From: a virus
Lineage: Duplodnaviria; Heunggongvirae; Uroviricota; Caudoviricetes
DNA length: 64,000 bases
Virus record (IMG/VR): IMGVR_UViG_3300037067_027626
Reading direction: 5' to 3' (one strand)
Shown: positions 29,075 to 38,665 of the stretch, piece by piece
Numbering within the stretch: position 1 is the first letter of the stretch
How the letters are laid out: each line of letters opens with the position of its first letter
Program-made: the position numbers and the translations under genes
Notes under the pieces: generated by a model
What the model was told of the DNA's origin: nothing
Databases searched by the model: none
What the model saw: the letters and a program-made list of their open reading frames with translations, nothing else

Positions 29075-29428
29075 TTACTTATTGAAGTGTTCCATCCATA
29101 GACTTTCGTTATTAATGATTCGGGAATTATAACCTCTGCGTTCTTTTGTAAATTCAGCCAGTGTTGTTTTGGGTAATAAATAAAGTTCAAGTTCGGATAA
29201 GGTTAGAGTGATTTGTTTGTTAGAAATACACTCAATAGAAAATCCACTATTTGCTTGTTTGGTCTTTTTATATAGGCGGAGTATTACTTCTTTTTTGACA
29301 TCACTACCAATAAATTCCTCATCCAGTATTGATTGTTTTGGCGACTTTACTAAAGCGTATTCTCTCAGGAATTCATAAGATACATTTTGGGGTGAATCAG
29401 TGTTGGCAAGTTTATGAAGTTTCGCCAC
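29075..29428 (-). CDS. hypothetical protein
   Basis: A 117-aa ORF. Confidence 0.35.
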   Translation of the reverse strand: MAKLHKLANTDSPQNVSYEFLREYALVKSPKQSILDEEFIGSDVKKEVILRLYKKTKQANSGFSIECISNKQITLTLSELELYLLPKTTLAEFTKERRGYNSRIINNESLWMEHFNK

Positions 29429-29817
29429 TTATCGAATGATGTGCCAGTTGTATGACTTCTACTGATTGATAGAGAGGCATAATATCCGTATCGCTTGCGG
29501 ATATTATCAGGGGTATCGTCATCTGAGCGATATTGGGATTTTGTATTGCCATCTATCTTTTCTATTAGTTCTCGGTCTATTTTGTTCAAAATCTCCTCTG
29601 GTTTACTACTGAGTTTCCCATCGGTGTAGTAACTCATATTAAACCAGTTGCGTTCTCGCCTACCTGTTCCCCCATTCCTTCCTATTTCGTAGCAATTATT
29701 AGAGCCAGCTAATACCATTGGCATTACTTCTTCAGTTTGATTTAACTTAACAAATTGCTTTCCATAAAATATTTCGTAACTCATTATTTTCTCTCCTTTA
29801 TGTGTTCTTTGCCACAT
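29365..29817 (-). CDS. hypothetical protein
   Basis: A 150-aa ORF. Confidence 0.35.
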   Translation of the reverse strand: MWQRTHKGEKIMSYEIFYGKQFVKLNQTEEVMPMVLAGSNNCYEIGRNGGTGRRERNWFNMSYYTDGKLSSKPEEILNKIDRELIEKIDGNTKSQYRSDDDTPDNIRKRYGYYASLSISRSHTTGTSFDKWRNFINLPTLIHPKMYLMNS

Positions 29818-30161
29818 TCATTACAGACATAAGTATAATTTTCTAATTCCGAAATTCCTCCTAGTTCATTAATTAATCTTTCAGTATCAGCACACGTTTG
29901 GCATTTTGGTTTTTCCCATTCCTCATATTCTTGTGTCGTTTCAAAGCCATCACTTCCTATGCAATCCGAACATCGCAAGTATCCCGACTTAGATGGATAA
30001 GCATTGTACGCTCCAATAGTAGCTCCGCAATATTCACAACCGCCCATAATAGGTAGCCCAAGACGATTAAATTCATCACCGCTTATCCGCCCATCAACTT
30101 CTTTCGCTCCTCTACTTAGTGCCAAGTCCAGAATTGTAATGTAGTTTAGTTCATCCGACAT
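29784..30161 (-). CDS. Cys-rich zinc-finger protein
   Basis: Contains CEYC...CSDC...CQTC...CNEC. Confidence 0.4.
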   Translation of the reverse strand: MSDELNYITILDLALSRGAKEVDGRISGDEFNRLGLPIMGGCEYCGATIGAYNAYPSKSGYLRCSDCIGSDGFETTQEYEEWEKPKCQTCADTERLINELGGISELENYTYVCNECGKEHIKERK

Positions 30162-30175
30162 TGTATTTCACCTCC

Positions 30176-30523
30176 TTATTTAATTTGTCTTACACTGAAA
30201 GTATCTTGCCAGTCATAAGCGTAATTGATACCAACGAATTTCATGTTACGCCAAGTGAACCATACATATTGCCTGCGGTTATTAATCCAATTTGAATCAA
30301 ACACTTGTCCAAAATAAGCCTCTACTTTTACCGAGCCATCCCATGTACCAACCTTGCCTTCTTTTTGATAGCCATATACGATTCCCTCATACTTGTTTGT
30401 CTGGATATTCTTGGCTATGAATGAGCCACCACTTGTGAATGATTTACCGTCTATTGTGATTGTTGAGGTTTCGATACATTGATTATTACTGTCTCTTACG
30501 AATTCGCTTTTAGCTTCAAACAT
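30176..30523 (-). CDS. hypothetical protein
   Basis: A 115-aa ORF. Confidence 0.35.
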   Translation of the reverse strand: MFEAKSEFVRDSNNQCIETSTITIDGKSFTSGGSFIAKNIQTNKYEGIVYGYQKEGKVGTWDGSVKVEAYFGQVFDSNWINNRRQYVWFTWRNMKFVGINYAYDWQDTFSVRQIK

Positions 30524-30524
30524 T

Positions 30525-31130
30525 TTATTTTGCCTCCTTATGAAACAATGTTACGTATCCCTCAAGTCCTCCGATTGCCATACTCTCATAACCGATGATT
30601 ACTTTTTGCCCATTATCTATATAGTCCAATGCGATTTTACATACTTCTTTCCCATCAACTACACGTTTGTTATGTACTCTCTCATCAACTACATAGCCAG
30701 CCTCTAACGGTTCGGGATTGCCACTATTAAAGAACATTCCTTCAAGGTGTCCTTCTTCAAAGCCTTCTCTACCGACACCGTTCTCCAATATTTCTTCCCT
30801 ATAACATTTGAGGCAAAATTGTTTACCGCCAATTGTCCTATATTGAACTTGCCAACCATTGCTAGGATTTTGCTCACAAACAATTCTTTCACATCCAGTA
30901 CAAACAAAGTAATTAAAATCACCACGTTCATAGATTAATTCATCACATGACTCATGCCATTTATAAGGCGATTCACCCTTGAGTTTTGCAGGAATTTTCT
31001 TGTGGAAATATGCAATACGTGGACTTTCATCAAATGGTCTATCCCATAATTCCACCTTATACATATTCCCGATTGCTCCCTCCTCATCACATTCATCGCA
31101 CCTTACTTTTTCCTGTGTTTTAATTGCCAT
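30525..31130 (-). CDS. Cys-rich zinc-finger protein
   Basis: Contains CDECDEE...CTGC...CLKC. Confidence 0.4.
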   Translation of the reverse strand: MAIKTQEKVRCDECDEEGAIGNMYKVELWDRPFDESPRIAYFHKKIPAKLKGESPYKWHESCDELIYERGDFNYFVCTGCERIVCEQNPSNGWQVQYRTIGGKQFCLKCYREEILENGVGREGFEEGHLEGMFFNSGNPEPLEAGYVVDERVHNKRVVDGKEVCKIALDYIDNGQKVIIGYESMAIGGLEGYVTLFHKEAK

Positions 31131-31131
31131 T

Positions 31132-31653
31132 TTAACCCTCCTTATAGTTCTGTAATTGCTTAGGTAATGAACTTCCGTATATAAATGACTGTTTAATTTC
31201 AGGTAATTTCACCAAGTCATAAAAATTATTATTTTCATCCTGTTCTTTTATTTGTATTAAACCCATGTGGCTAATCATAACGGAAATTAATTCTTCGATA
31301 GTTAACGATTCCTCCTTTAAATGATAAGCAAGAATTGGCGAATAAATACTTTTAAATACGCTTGCTATCATATGTTTGTTGTCGCAACTTTCCACAAATG
31401 AATCCACTACAATGTTATAAATTTCTCTAGGTGTAAAGTAACATTTTGGTGTCCAACTCCATCGCCACATGAAGTCAACTAATCTTTCATAGACGCTTAC
31501 ATTTTCGGGTTGCCCATAATGTCCTTTAGCAAAGAGAATCAAGTGTCCTGTTAAATCATACTCACCATAAACTACGGTATCTTTCATTTGTTTTCCTCCT
31601 TTAATTCTCTTGTCATTACATCTATATATTGTTCCATTACATCTATATACCAT
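31132..31653 (-). CDS. hypothetical protein
   Basis: A 173-aa ORF. Confidence 0.35.
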   Translation of the reverse strand: MVYRCNGTIYRCNDKRIKGGKQMKDTVVYGEYDLTGHLILFAKGHYGQPENVSVYERLVDFMWRWSWTPKCYFTPREIYNIVVDSFVESCDNKHMIASVFKSIYSPILAYHLKEESLTIEELISVMISHMGLIQIKEQDENNNFYDLVKLPEIKQSFIYGSSLPKQLQNYKEG

Positions 31654-32078
31654 TGATTAGCGGTCTTTATTAAGGCTTTAAAATCGTCAGGTCTAATGCC
31701 CTTGTCTACAATCGCATATTTTACGAAGTAAGGAATAACATTATCTTCACACATATTCCCTTGAATAAATTCCGCCTTGCAATCACAATCGTTATCTGTG
31801 AAAATTCCGCCAAATACTTTGGCTATATCCTTGAATATCTTGTGGCTTTGGTCGTCTGCACCCATTGATAATAAAGTGGCTGTACCGATTGGTGTGTGTA
31901 TATTAGAAAATACGTGTATCATTCTACCTAGTTTCTCTAATATGAAATTGAAGTAGCCGATAGAAGTATCGTGGTTTGATATTACTGTTACCTTTATGCC
32001 TTGTGTTCGCTCGATAACCTTTTTAATTTCATTCAATTTCCATTTACTGTTGAGATATAATTGTGTATCTACGCCCAT
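31584..32078 (-). CDS. hypothetical protein
   Basis: A 164-aa ORF. Confidence 0.35.
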   Translation of the reverse strand: MGVDTQLYLNSKWKLNEIKKVIERTQGIKVTVISNHDTSIGYFNFILEKLGRMIHVFSNIHTPIGTATLLSMGADDQSHKIFKDIAKVFGGIFTDNDCDCKAEFIQGNMCEDNVIPYFVKYAIVDKGIRPDDFKALIKTANQWYIDVMEQYIDVMTRELKEENK

Positions 32079-32092
32079 TTTTAATTCCTCCT

Positions 32093-32536
32093 TTAATTAT
32101 TTTCTGCGGTTTCTATTCGTGAAATTAAATCATGTATCGCTGTTTTAACTATGCCACTGTGTATCATCTGCTCTGATAGTGCTAAAGAGTTAAGTATAAT
32201 TGCCACTTCTTGCGAATTTAAGTTTATGTTTAAATTGCTTAATTGTTTTGCGTCATTGATTAAATTGTTGGTTTCATAATTGATTTGTTGTCTCTTGCGG
32301 TTGATTAAATGATTCTTTACGCTATCAAGATACCAAACGTACCATACAGAGCCTTCAGTATGTAATTTCTCTTTAATGGATTTCCAAGATTCGTTACCCC
32401 ATAATTTGCGGAGATAGGCTCTTGCGGATGTTCCCTTGAATTTCATTGCCTCACCGATTATAAGTCCTAAATCCTCACTAGCCCATTCCTCATCGCCAGT
32501 TTCCAGTGTCCAGACATCACTCATTTGTTGTGCCAT
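32093..32536 (-). CDS. hypothetical protein
   Basis: A 147-aa ORF. Confidence 0.35.
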   Translation of the reverse strand: MAQQMSDVWTLETGDEEWASEDLGLIIGEAMKFKGTSARAYLRKLWGNESWKSIKEKLHTEGSVWYVWYLDSVKNHLINRKRQQINYETNNLINDAKQLSNLNINLNSQEVAIILNSLALSEQMIHSGIVKTAIHDLISRIETAENN

Positions 32537-32747
32537 TTCTTTTAGCCTCCTTTGTTTTTAATTCAGTTAATTCATACCGAGCAATACGTTCTAATTGTTG
32601 TGAAACTTTTAGTTGTTCTTTTAGGTCTTTGAATCCCGAAATTAATTCGGTATAAGCATCACGGTATGATTCATAAAAGAAGTGGTCAGCCTTGAGAGTT
32701 TCATATTGTTTTCTATTTATAATTACGAATGGCAATTTAATTTTCAT
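32517..32747 (-). CDS. hypothetical protein
   Basis: A 76-aa ORF. Confidence 0.3.
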   Translation of the reverse strand: MKIKLPFVIINRKQYETLKADHFFYESYRDAYTELISGFKDLKEQLKVSQQLERIARYELTELKTKEAKRNGTTNE

Positions 32748-32854
32748 ATATCATACCTCATTTGTTTTAATGTGATAGTTCGTCTACTTCGGCTATGGCT
32801 TCACAATTAGTATTGTCATTAAAGATTGAAATGCGAGAGATATAGTAAATTTTT

Positions 32855-33010
32855 TCAGTCATTAAACGCCTTCTCACATACTATATAATTATGTTCAGTT
32901 ATAGACGGCGAAAACATACAAGTGCCGATTGATTCCCTCCATCCTTTAGGGATGTAATTTTTAATAAATTCCTGAAGTTCTATCGCTTTTTGGTATTTTT
33001 TATCATTCAT
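32855..33010 (-). CDS. small protein (51 aa)
   Basis: GGAGGCAAAAATAAT lies immediately upstream of the ATG. Hand-translated, so coordinates are approximate. Confidence 0.3.
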   Translation of the reverse strand: MNDKKYQKAIELQEFIKNYIPKGWRESIGTCMFSPSITEHNYIVCEKAFND

Positions 33011-33171
33011 ATTATTTTTGCCTCCTAGATTTCTTATTTTTACCTTTTACAATGATTCTTACTTCGGAATTCTTATTGGTGTTTTTATCATGGTGTCTAG
33101 TATAGGGTGTCAAAGATGGTGGCAACATTGTTAAACTTGATTTCATAAAACGCATAATTCAAAATCTCCTG

Positions 33172-33285
33172 TTAATTTTTATTAGCTCTTATCCAATCCG
33201 CCCAATCCCAAAAACTGATATTATAGAGTATACAGGATTGTAATATGAAATTGAGGAATTCCGCTTGAGTCTTAAATGCTATCAT
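33172..33285 (-). CDS. tiny hydrophobic peptide (37 aa)
   Basis: AGGAGGCAAAAATG ribosome-binding site. Translates to MIAFKTQAEFLNFILQSCILYNISFWDWADWIRANKN. Confidence 0.3.
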   Translation of the reverse strand: MIAFKTQAEFLNFILQSCILYNISFWDWADWIRANKN

Positions 33286-33295
33286 TTTTGCCTCC

Positions 33296-33388
33296 TTATA
33301 TTAATGAATTAATTAAAAATCCGAGTCCAATTAAAACTAAAGTAAAAATAGACCATGCTGTAAATTCAGTTAAAATCACTTTTACCAT
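33296..33388 (-). CDS. tiny TM peptide (30 aa)
   Basis: AGGAGGCGTAAATG ribosome-binding site. Translates to MVKVILTEFTAWSIFTLVLIGLGFLINSLI. Confidence 0.3.
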   Translation of the reverse strand: MVKVILTEFTAWSIFTLVLIGLGFLINSLI

Positions 33389-33397
33389 TTACGCCTC

Positions 33398-33481
33398 CTA
33401 TATAGGCTTATAATTATGGCAGTCATACCAAGTCATAAAGATAACTAGAAAAAAGATGATGCCAATGGTAAATAGAATCAT
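33398..33481 (-). CDS. tiny TM peptide (27 aa)
   Basis: AGGAGGCTCTATG ribosome-binding site. Translates to MILFTIGIIFFLVIFMTWYDCHNYKPI. Confidence 0.3.
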   Translation of the reverse strand: MILFTIGIIFFLVIFMTWYDCHNYKPI

Positions 33482-33500
33482 AGAGCCTCCTATTAGTAGA

Positions 33501-33839
33501 TTAATTTATGGGTAGCATTTGATTAATGCGGATAGATTGCACTAATCTGCTTTGATATAATTTTGCCTCATTATCCGAGATAACCACAGCTAAAAGTAGT
33601 GGCTCTATATTGTGTTTTTCCGCAAATTCCAATTTTCTCCTGAAACTGGAGTCCGAGATGTGTATTTTTTTATCTTTACTATTAGCAGATATGGCTTTTA
33701 CCTCAAAGCCATAATTATCCGTAATTACATCAAACGGAGACTTGAAACTTTGCCTTTGTTTAGCCTTGAGGAGAGTTAGAGCCTTACGGACTCCGACTCT
33801 CTCTAATTTGCACTTTGTACTTTGCCGACAACAGACCAT
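33501..33839 (-). CDS. PD-(D/E)xK-fold nuclease, possible Holliday-junction resolvase-like
   Basis: DVITDNYGFEVKAI is a D...ExK motif. The protein is basic and 112 aa long. Confidence 0.35.
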   Translation of the reverse strand: MVCCRQSTKCKLERVGVRKALTLLKAKQRQSFKSPFDVITDNYGFEVKAISANSKDKKIHISDSSFRRKLEFAEKHNIEPLLLAVVISDNEAKLYQSRLVQSIRINQMLPIN

Positions 33840-33876
33840 AGGCTATTTACTCCGATTCAGATTTGCCATTAGGGGA

Positions 33877-34038
33877 CTATTTAGCCTTGAGTAGTTTCGA
33901 GATTCGCTTTGAGGCTTCGGACTTTGAGATTTTTTCGCCATAGTTAGTTCTGTGTTCAAGTCGAGCTAATAAAGCTCGTTGTGAATCGGTAGCCTTGCCA
34001 GTTAGAACTTTGCCATTGAATTTAACTACTCTTACCAC
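33877..34038 (-). CDS. small basic protein (53 aa)
   Basis: AAGGAG lies 8 nt upstream of a GTG start. Hand-translated to VRVVKFNGKVLTGKATDSQRALLARLEHRTNYGEKISKSEASKRISKLLKAK. Confidence 0.3.
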   Translation of the reverse strand: MVRVVKFNGKVLTGKATDSQRALLARLEHRTNYGEKISKSEASKRISKLLKAK

Positions 34039-34084
34039 TTTTTTCTCCTTTTTTCTGCTATTAGCAGTGTTTATTAGAGCTTTC

Positions 34085-34220
34085 TACGCTCTCATTAGCA
34101 CAGGAAACCTCTTATTAGTAGTTAGGGATTTCCCTTTTAAACTTCTTAATAGGAGAATATCGAGCGCCTAAATTTTGTAAAAATAGGCGCATTTGTTCCT
34201 ATGCTAATGAGAGCGCACAA
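34085..34220. repeat. large inverted repeat (gctctcattagca / tgctaatgagagc) enclosing a gcgccta...taggcgc hairpin
   Basis: Perfect 13-bp inverted arms lie about 105 bp apart, and an inner 7-bp stem has an AT-rich loop. Confidence 0.5.
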
Positions 34221-35093
34221 GTTCATAATTCTTGTACGCTCTCAAATGGATTATGTTAAATTCTTCTGAACTTATCTATCAATTACCTTGCATGGTTAAA
34301 TAAAAGCATTTTAACCATAATCTATCATTCAATATAATCAGTATTGAACAATACCATGATTAATTTTAGTTGATAAGATTTCAACGTTAACATCATCAAG
34401 ACGTTTAAAACGTATTACTGCGATAATTTAACTACATAGATTAGTTGATTAGACTAACGTCTGAAATAATTCAATTCGGTAAAGCTGGTATAATGTTAAC
34501 CTTAAGTACAATATTTATTTTGGCGCATTATAAAATATTCGAGTGCTAAATATATATTGTCGTCATGGCTGTGACTATACTTAAAAGCATAATCAACGCA
34601 TAGCTATTTTCTTATATATTAGTGATGCGTAATTTTATAGCGCATAAATTGTACGATTTATTCAACGAATAATTTACAAACAAACGTTTAATAACTAACC
34701 TTAATAGAATCAAGTTTAGTAGCTTTTATTCGTTTGTCTGTAGCACTAACCACTCTAGGGAATTTATCCGTAGGTTGAGGTATCTCACAATTTAGTCTCA
34801 ACTATTCCGTGTTTCGTAATCATCCCTATTACATTGGTTTATCAACCCCGTCTGTGGTATCCTATTACGGTCTTGGTCTGGTATTGATTTGCTTTGAATA
34901 GTTAATATTCAGTGACTTGTTTCACTTTCGGTATCTAGTGCTATTCACTTGGAGAATTTGAGGGAGTGCGGGAAGGATTTCAACCTAGTTGAATCTATAT
35001 TCAATTACACTCAATATATAGTAGTAATTATTTTCTGTAAATATTCATGCCACATTTAAACTGTTATGGAATTATTACGGAATTTAGATACAA

Positions 35094-35196
35094 AATTCCA
35101 CATCTTAAAAATTCCACATCTTAAATTCTATAAAAATTTGCTTCAAAATAGGCTCAATTTAAAAATATTGGACTTTTTATATCAATTCCACATCTT
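35094..35196. repeat. 3 direct copies of aattccacatctt
   Basis: Copies at about 35094, 35110 and 35184. Confidence 0.5.
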
Positions 35197-35542
35197 TAGA
35201 ATTATGGCATTAGAATTTTGAGGTTATTTTGTGGCACATTCAACGATTTTATATCGGATAGTGTAAAGCATTACGCAATAATGAAAATAGTCTAAAATCG
35301 CAAAATAATGCCATTACAAACGATTTAAGATAATAGTTTTACTGGATTAATTGAGGGAATAATAACGGATTAAAATAATGAATAATGTTACCATCTTAAA
35401 ATTACTGGATAGTTTAACGGATATATTACGGATGATATAACGCAATTTTTAAAAATCTCATATATTCATAAATGAAGTAATACTACCCTATTTTAACAAA
35501 AAGCGAAAATCGGTATTTTAGCCTATATTTTCAATATGGCAT

Positions 35543-35700
35543 AAATACGCCTAATACGACTAGGCGTATCTAATACGACTAGGCGTATTAGGCGTATACT
35601 AGGCGTATCTTGTCTTATTCCCTATTCCCTCAAATATCGCAATTCCCTATTATCTCAATTTGTATCAATTCCCTATTGTTAAAATTCCCTATTCCCTATC
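35543..35700. repeat. iteron cluster: 2 copies of taatacgactaggcgtat, 4-5 copies of aggcgtat, then 6 copies of attccctat
   Basis: Dense short direct repeats in the pattern typical of iteron-type origins. Confidence 0.55.
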
Positions 35701-35790
35701 CGTTATATTAATGATGATATACCGCATCAGCCCGACTATCATTTTAGTTTGCTTCAATAAAAAATTATTTTCCGTAAATTTTTTGGAAGT

Positions 35791-35907
35791 CGCAAAAAGC
35801 ATCGTGCCTCCTATTTAGAGGTCGCCGTATGTTTTTGAACACTTTTTGAAGAAGATTTTAAGGAATTTTTAGAGACATCGCAAAGGCATCGTGTCTGCTA
35901 TTAAGAG
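35791..35907. repeat. two copies of a ~29-bp repeat cgcaaa[a/g]gcatcgtg[c/t]ct[c/g]ctatt[t/a]agag
   Basis: Copies at 35791-35820 and 35879-35907. Confidence 0.5.
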
Positions 35908-36136
35908 ATTTTTAAATAAATAATAAAATGATGAACATATAACTTATAATACTGGAATATTAAATATAAACCGCCATAGAGTTGTATAATATATGAATAA
36001 CAGCCATCGGATTGGATGGGTGATGATATATGAATACTTTACTTTTCTCCTATTAAGAAATACTTGACATTACCCATAATATAGTGCTACGTATTAATTA
36101 ATAGTTCTGTTAATAAGAGAATTATAGGGGAATAAT

Positions 36137-36307
36137 ATGACTGCAAAACAAAAGAAGCCTTGGATTCTAACAAGGGCACGTTCCGAAGCATTAAAAAAGG
36201 CACAGCTCACCCATGTAATTTTGATAAATATCGGCAAGAAGTATCGCAATAAAGAAATCAATAAGTTCCAATTCTTGAAGAAGAATAGACCTAATAAATC
36301 AAAATAA
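36137..36307 (+). CDS. tiny basic protein (56 aa)
   Basis: ATAGGGGAATAAT lies upstream of the ATG. The protein is Lys/Arg-rich. Confidence 0.4.
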   Translation: MTAKQKKPWILTRARSEALKKAQLTHVILINIGKKYRNKEINKFQFLKKNRPNKSK

Positions 36308-36321
36308 GGAGGATTGCTAAT

Positions 36322-36414
36322 ATGGCTTATACTAAAGCAGAGCGTAAAAAGGCGGCAAAGAAAGCCGTTGCCACTAAGCGTAAGAGATACGGCAAGAACT
36401 TAAAGAAGGGATAA
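36322..36414 (+). CDS. tiny basic protein (30 aa)
   Basis: AAGGAGG ribosome-binding site. Translates to MAYTKAERKKAAKKAVATKRKRYGKNLKKG. Confidence 0.4.
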   Translation: MAYTKAERKKAAKKAVATKRKRYGKNLKKG

Positions 36415-36452
36415 ATAAGTATTTCGGATAAATTATTAAAAAGGGAGAATGA

Positions 36453-36548
36453 ATGCCGAAAAGAAAACCAAACAATATGTCAAAGGAACAATGGGCAAAG
36501 GAAAAGACTCAGTGGTATACAGGGAAAGATAAAAAGAAGAAAAAATAA
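36453..36548 (+). CDS. tiny basic protein (31 aa)
   Basis: AAGGGAG ribosome-binding site. Translates to MPKRKPNNMSKEQWAKEKTQWYTGKDKKKKK. Confidence 0.4.
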   Translation: MPKRKPNNMSKEQWAKEKTQWYTGKDKKKKK

Positions 36549-36623
36549 CTTACTGAGCGTCATCAAATAAAATAAGCAAGATTCCTACGAAGCCCAAGGG
36601 CGACAGGAATATAGGGAGAATGA

Positions 36624-36761
36624 ATGCAAGCGTATTGTGTAAAATGTAAACACAAGAGGGAAATGAAAGCCCCAAAAGCCGTTAAAATGAAAAATGGAAG
36701 AAAGGCTACAAAGGGTAAGTGCCCTGTATGCGGAACGGGTATGTACCGTATAGGCGGATAA
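36624..36761 (+). CDS. small basic zinc-ribbon protein (45 aa, DUF5679-like)
   Basis: AGGGAGA ribosome-binding site. Has CVKC...CPVCG pairs separated by a K-rich linker. Confidence 0.45.
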   Translation: MQAYCVKCKHKREMKAPKAVKMKNGRKATKGKCPVCGTGMYRIGG

Positions 36762-36793
36762 TTCTGAGGGAAAATTTGTTCATTTATAAATAA

Positions 36794-36830
36794 GCCCCAT
36801 GATAATTAGTCGTGGGGTTTGTTTATTTTA
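36794..36830 (+). terminator. rho-independent terminator
   Basis: The stem gcccca...tgggg is followed by tttgtttatttta. Confidence 0.45.
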
Positions 36831-37254
36831 GTTGGATTTTTTAGTGAGACTGTCTAGTAAAATCATTCTGCAATAGGTGGTTAACTGCATACCCTTCTTC
36901 TCGGCTTCTACCTTCAATAACCCCTTTTCTCTCAAGGGCATACGTATGAAAACTACGGGCATGTCTTTCTTTCTATAGACCAATATAACACACCTCTATA
37001 TTTATACTGTGAAAAAACTAGCACATATTTAGCGTGTTGTCAAGTGGTCGTGCGTAAATATTTTTGCCCCAAAATACAATACTATATCACTTTGCTATTG
37101 TATTATTATTTTACTGTGTTATCCTACTACTTAAAAGGTACTACACTTGAATCTAAAGTTGGAGGTCTATTATTTTAAGAATATATGAAGGCTATTTTTG
37201 CATTAATCCTTGCGGCAATCGGACTTTACATAAATAAAATTGTGTCTTTGGGTA

Positions 37255-38566
37255 GTAATATCCATCGAATAACCACCCTAACTCTGGAAAAGCTAAACTC
37301 AATATTGAGCAAGCTAATCACAGAACTAAACACGAAAATGAATCGTGAAATGCGTGGAGGTCATATAGGTGGAATCCTTAAATGGGATTATGAGATGACC
37401 CGATACTCCAATAAAAATTGGAGATTAACAGATGAGGAGTCAACTTACTGCCAGGTCTTAATACAACTATAGCTACAATCACTACCCCCACGTGCATAAG
37501 TGCGTCTTTATAGAGTAATCTATATCGAAATTGCCCTAATTCGGTGAAGCCTAAAACGAGAGTCATGGTAATGCCGAGCCAAGCAGAATAGAAATATTCG
37601 GGCGTGTGTAGAGAACATAGAGGCAACCCCTAGTAATAGGGTGAAAACATGTTCCGTCACTCCGTGAAAGCGGAGATTACAGATAGATTCCACAGGGGTA
37701 AGATAATTTGCCCACTCATATAGTAATATGTGAGTTAAATTGCTCCAAATAGGGGGAAGCTAAAAACCGTAAGGTTCATGCTAATCGCCTAACTAAACTA
37801 GAGAATGAATCTAGGAAACTGATGACAGACTAGACGGAGCAAGTCCTGAATAGGACTAAGGTATAGTCGGACACTCCGAATAAATTCGGAGACTAACAAG
37901 TGAAGTGGCATGGTGGGTGTTACGTAATGAAAGATTTGCGTCTTTATAGAGTAATCTATATTGAAAAGAACCACAAATTCGGGGAAAGCTAAAACGAAAG
38001 TCATGCTAACCGCCGAACTAAACTGCTGAATGAAGGCAGGATAAGCGTAGAGAGTAGATGTGGTTGCCCTTTAATTAGGGATAAGGTGTACTCCGACACT
38101 CTAAAGAAATTTGGAGATTAACAAGTGTAATCGTATAATAAGCGAATGCGACCTTTAATAGTGATATTAATTGAATAACCGCCCTAACTCTGGGAAAGCT
38201 AAAATGAAAGTCATGCTAACCGCAGAACTAAATTACCGAATGAAGGTATAAATGCGTAGAGAACATATAGGCGGGGTCTTACGAAAGACCGTGAGATGTT
38301 CCGATACTCATACGAAAGTAAGAGATTAACAAAAAATTCGCAGCCATGTTGGTAGTCCTGAGAACAATCGGGACTTTGAACAGTAATGTTCATCGAATAA
38401 CGCATCAAATTCGGGGAAGCCTAAACTCAATAATGAGCATGGTAATCGCCGAGCTAAACCAAGGAATGAACTTGGGAAACTGTGGACAGACTAGATGGTG
38501 CGAATCCCTATAAATGGGATTGTGGTATAGTCGGGCACTTAACGAAAGTTAAGATTACAGAATCGG
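37255..38566 (+). ncRNA. array of 6 tandem ~180-245-nt structured RNA-like units (unclassified)
   Basis: Unit spans are approximately 37261-37430, 37501-37683, 37722-37900, 37935-38125, 38152-38335 and 38375-38566. Conserved blocks are ggRaagcYuaaa, RgYCAUGSUAAYCGCCGARCUAAA, a hairpin with loop GAAUGAA, and a 3' GAGAUUAACA. Hairpin stems covary between units: ctgc/gcag, tacc/ggta, ccaag/cttgg, ctaga/tctag, cacg/cgtg. A second hairpin covaries as ctcaa-tat-ttgag, aacc-gtaa-ggtt and ctca-ataa-tgag. Two subtypes exist (units 3 and 6 versus units 2, 4 and 5). Confidence 0.55.
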
Positions 38567-38627
38567 ATTGTAGCCGCCATGAGAGAGTCATTCTCCATGT
38601 AAAGTTGTATCCATTTGTGGTGGTAAA

Positions 38628-38665
38628 AGAGAGCGAGTAGAAATATTCGCTCTCTTTTTATTTAT
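38628..38665 (+). terminator. rho-independent terminator closing the RNA array
   Basis: The stem agagagcga-gtagaaatat-tcgctctct is followed by ttttatttat. Confidence 0.55.

Larger units (their letters stand above)
33840..36130. other. ORF-poor AT-rich noncoding region rich in repeats; putative replication origin / divergent control region
   Basis: No ORF of 60 aa or more on either strand over 2.3 kb. The region sits between the divergently oriented minus-strand block and plus-strand block. Confidence 0.45.

Noticed and set aside
35543-35600. T7-like promoter (TAATACGACT)
   Set aside because: Only the first 10 nt match. The CACTATAG core is absent, no phage-type single-subunit RNAP was seen, and the motif is part of an iteron series.
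37185-38408. ORFs 37185..37472(+), 37378..37626(-), 37798..38004(-), 38211..38408(-) inside the RNA array
   Set aside because: They recur once per repeat unit simply because the DNA is repeated. Stem substitutions are compensatory at the RNA level and disrupt amino-acid conservation. No ribosome-binding sites were found.
37255-38566. Possible CRISPR array
   Set aside because: The units are homologous over their full ~200-nt length rather than short identical repeats alternating with unique spacers. No cas genes are nearby.
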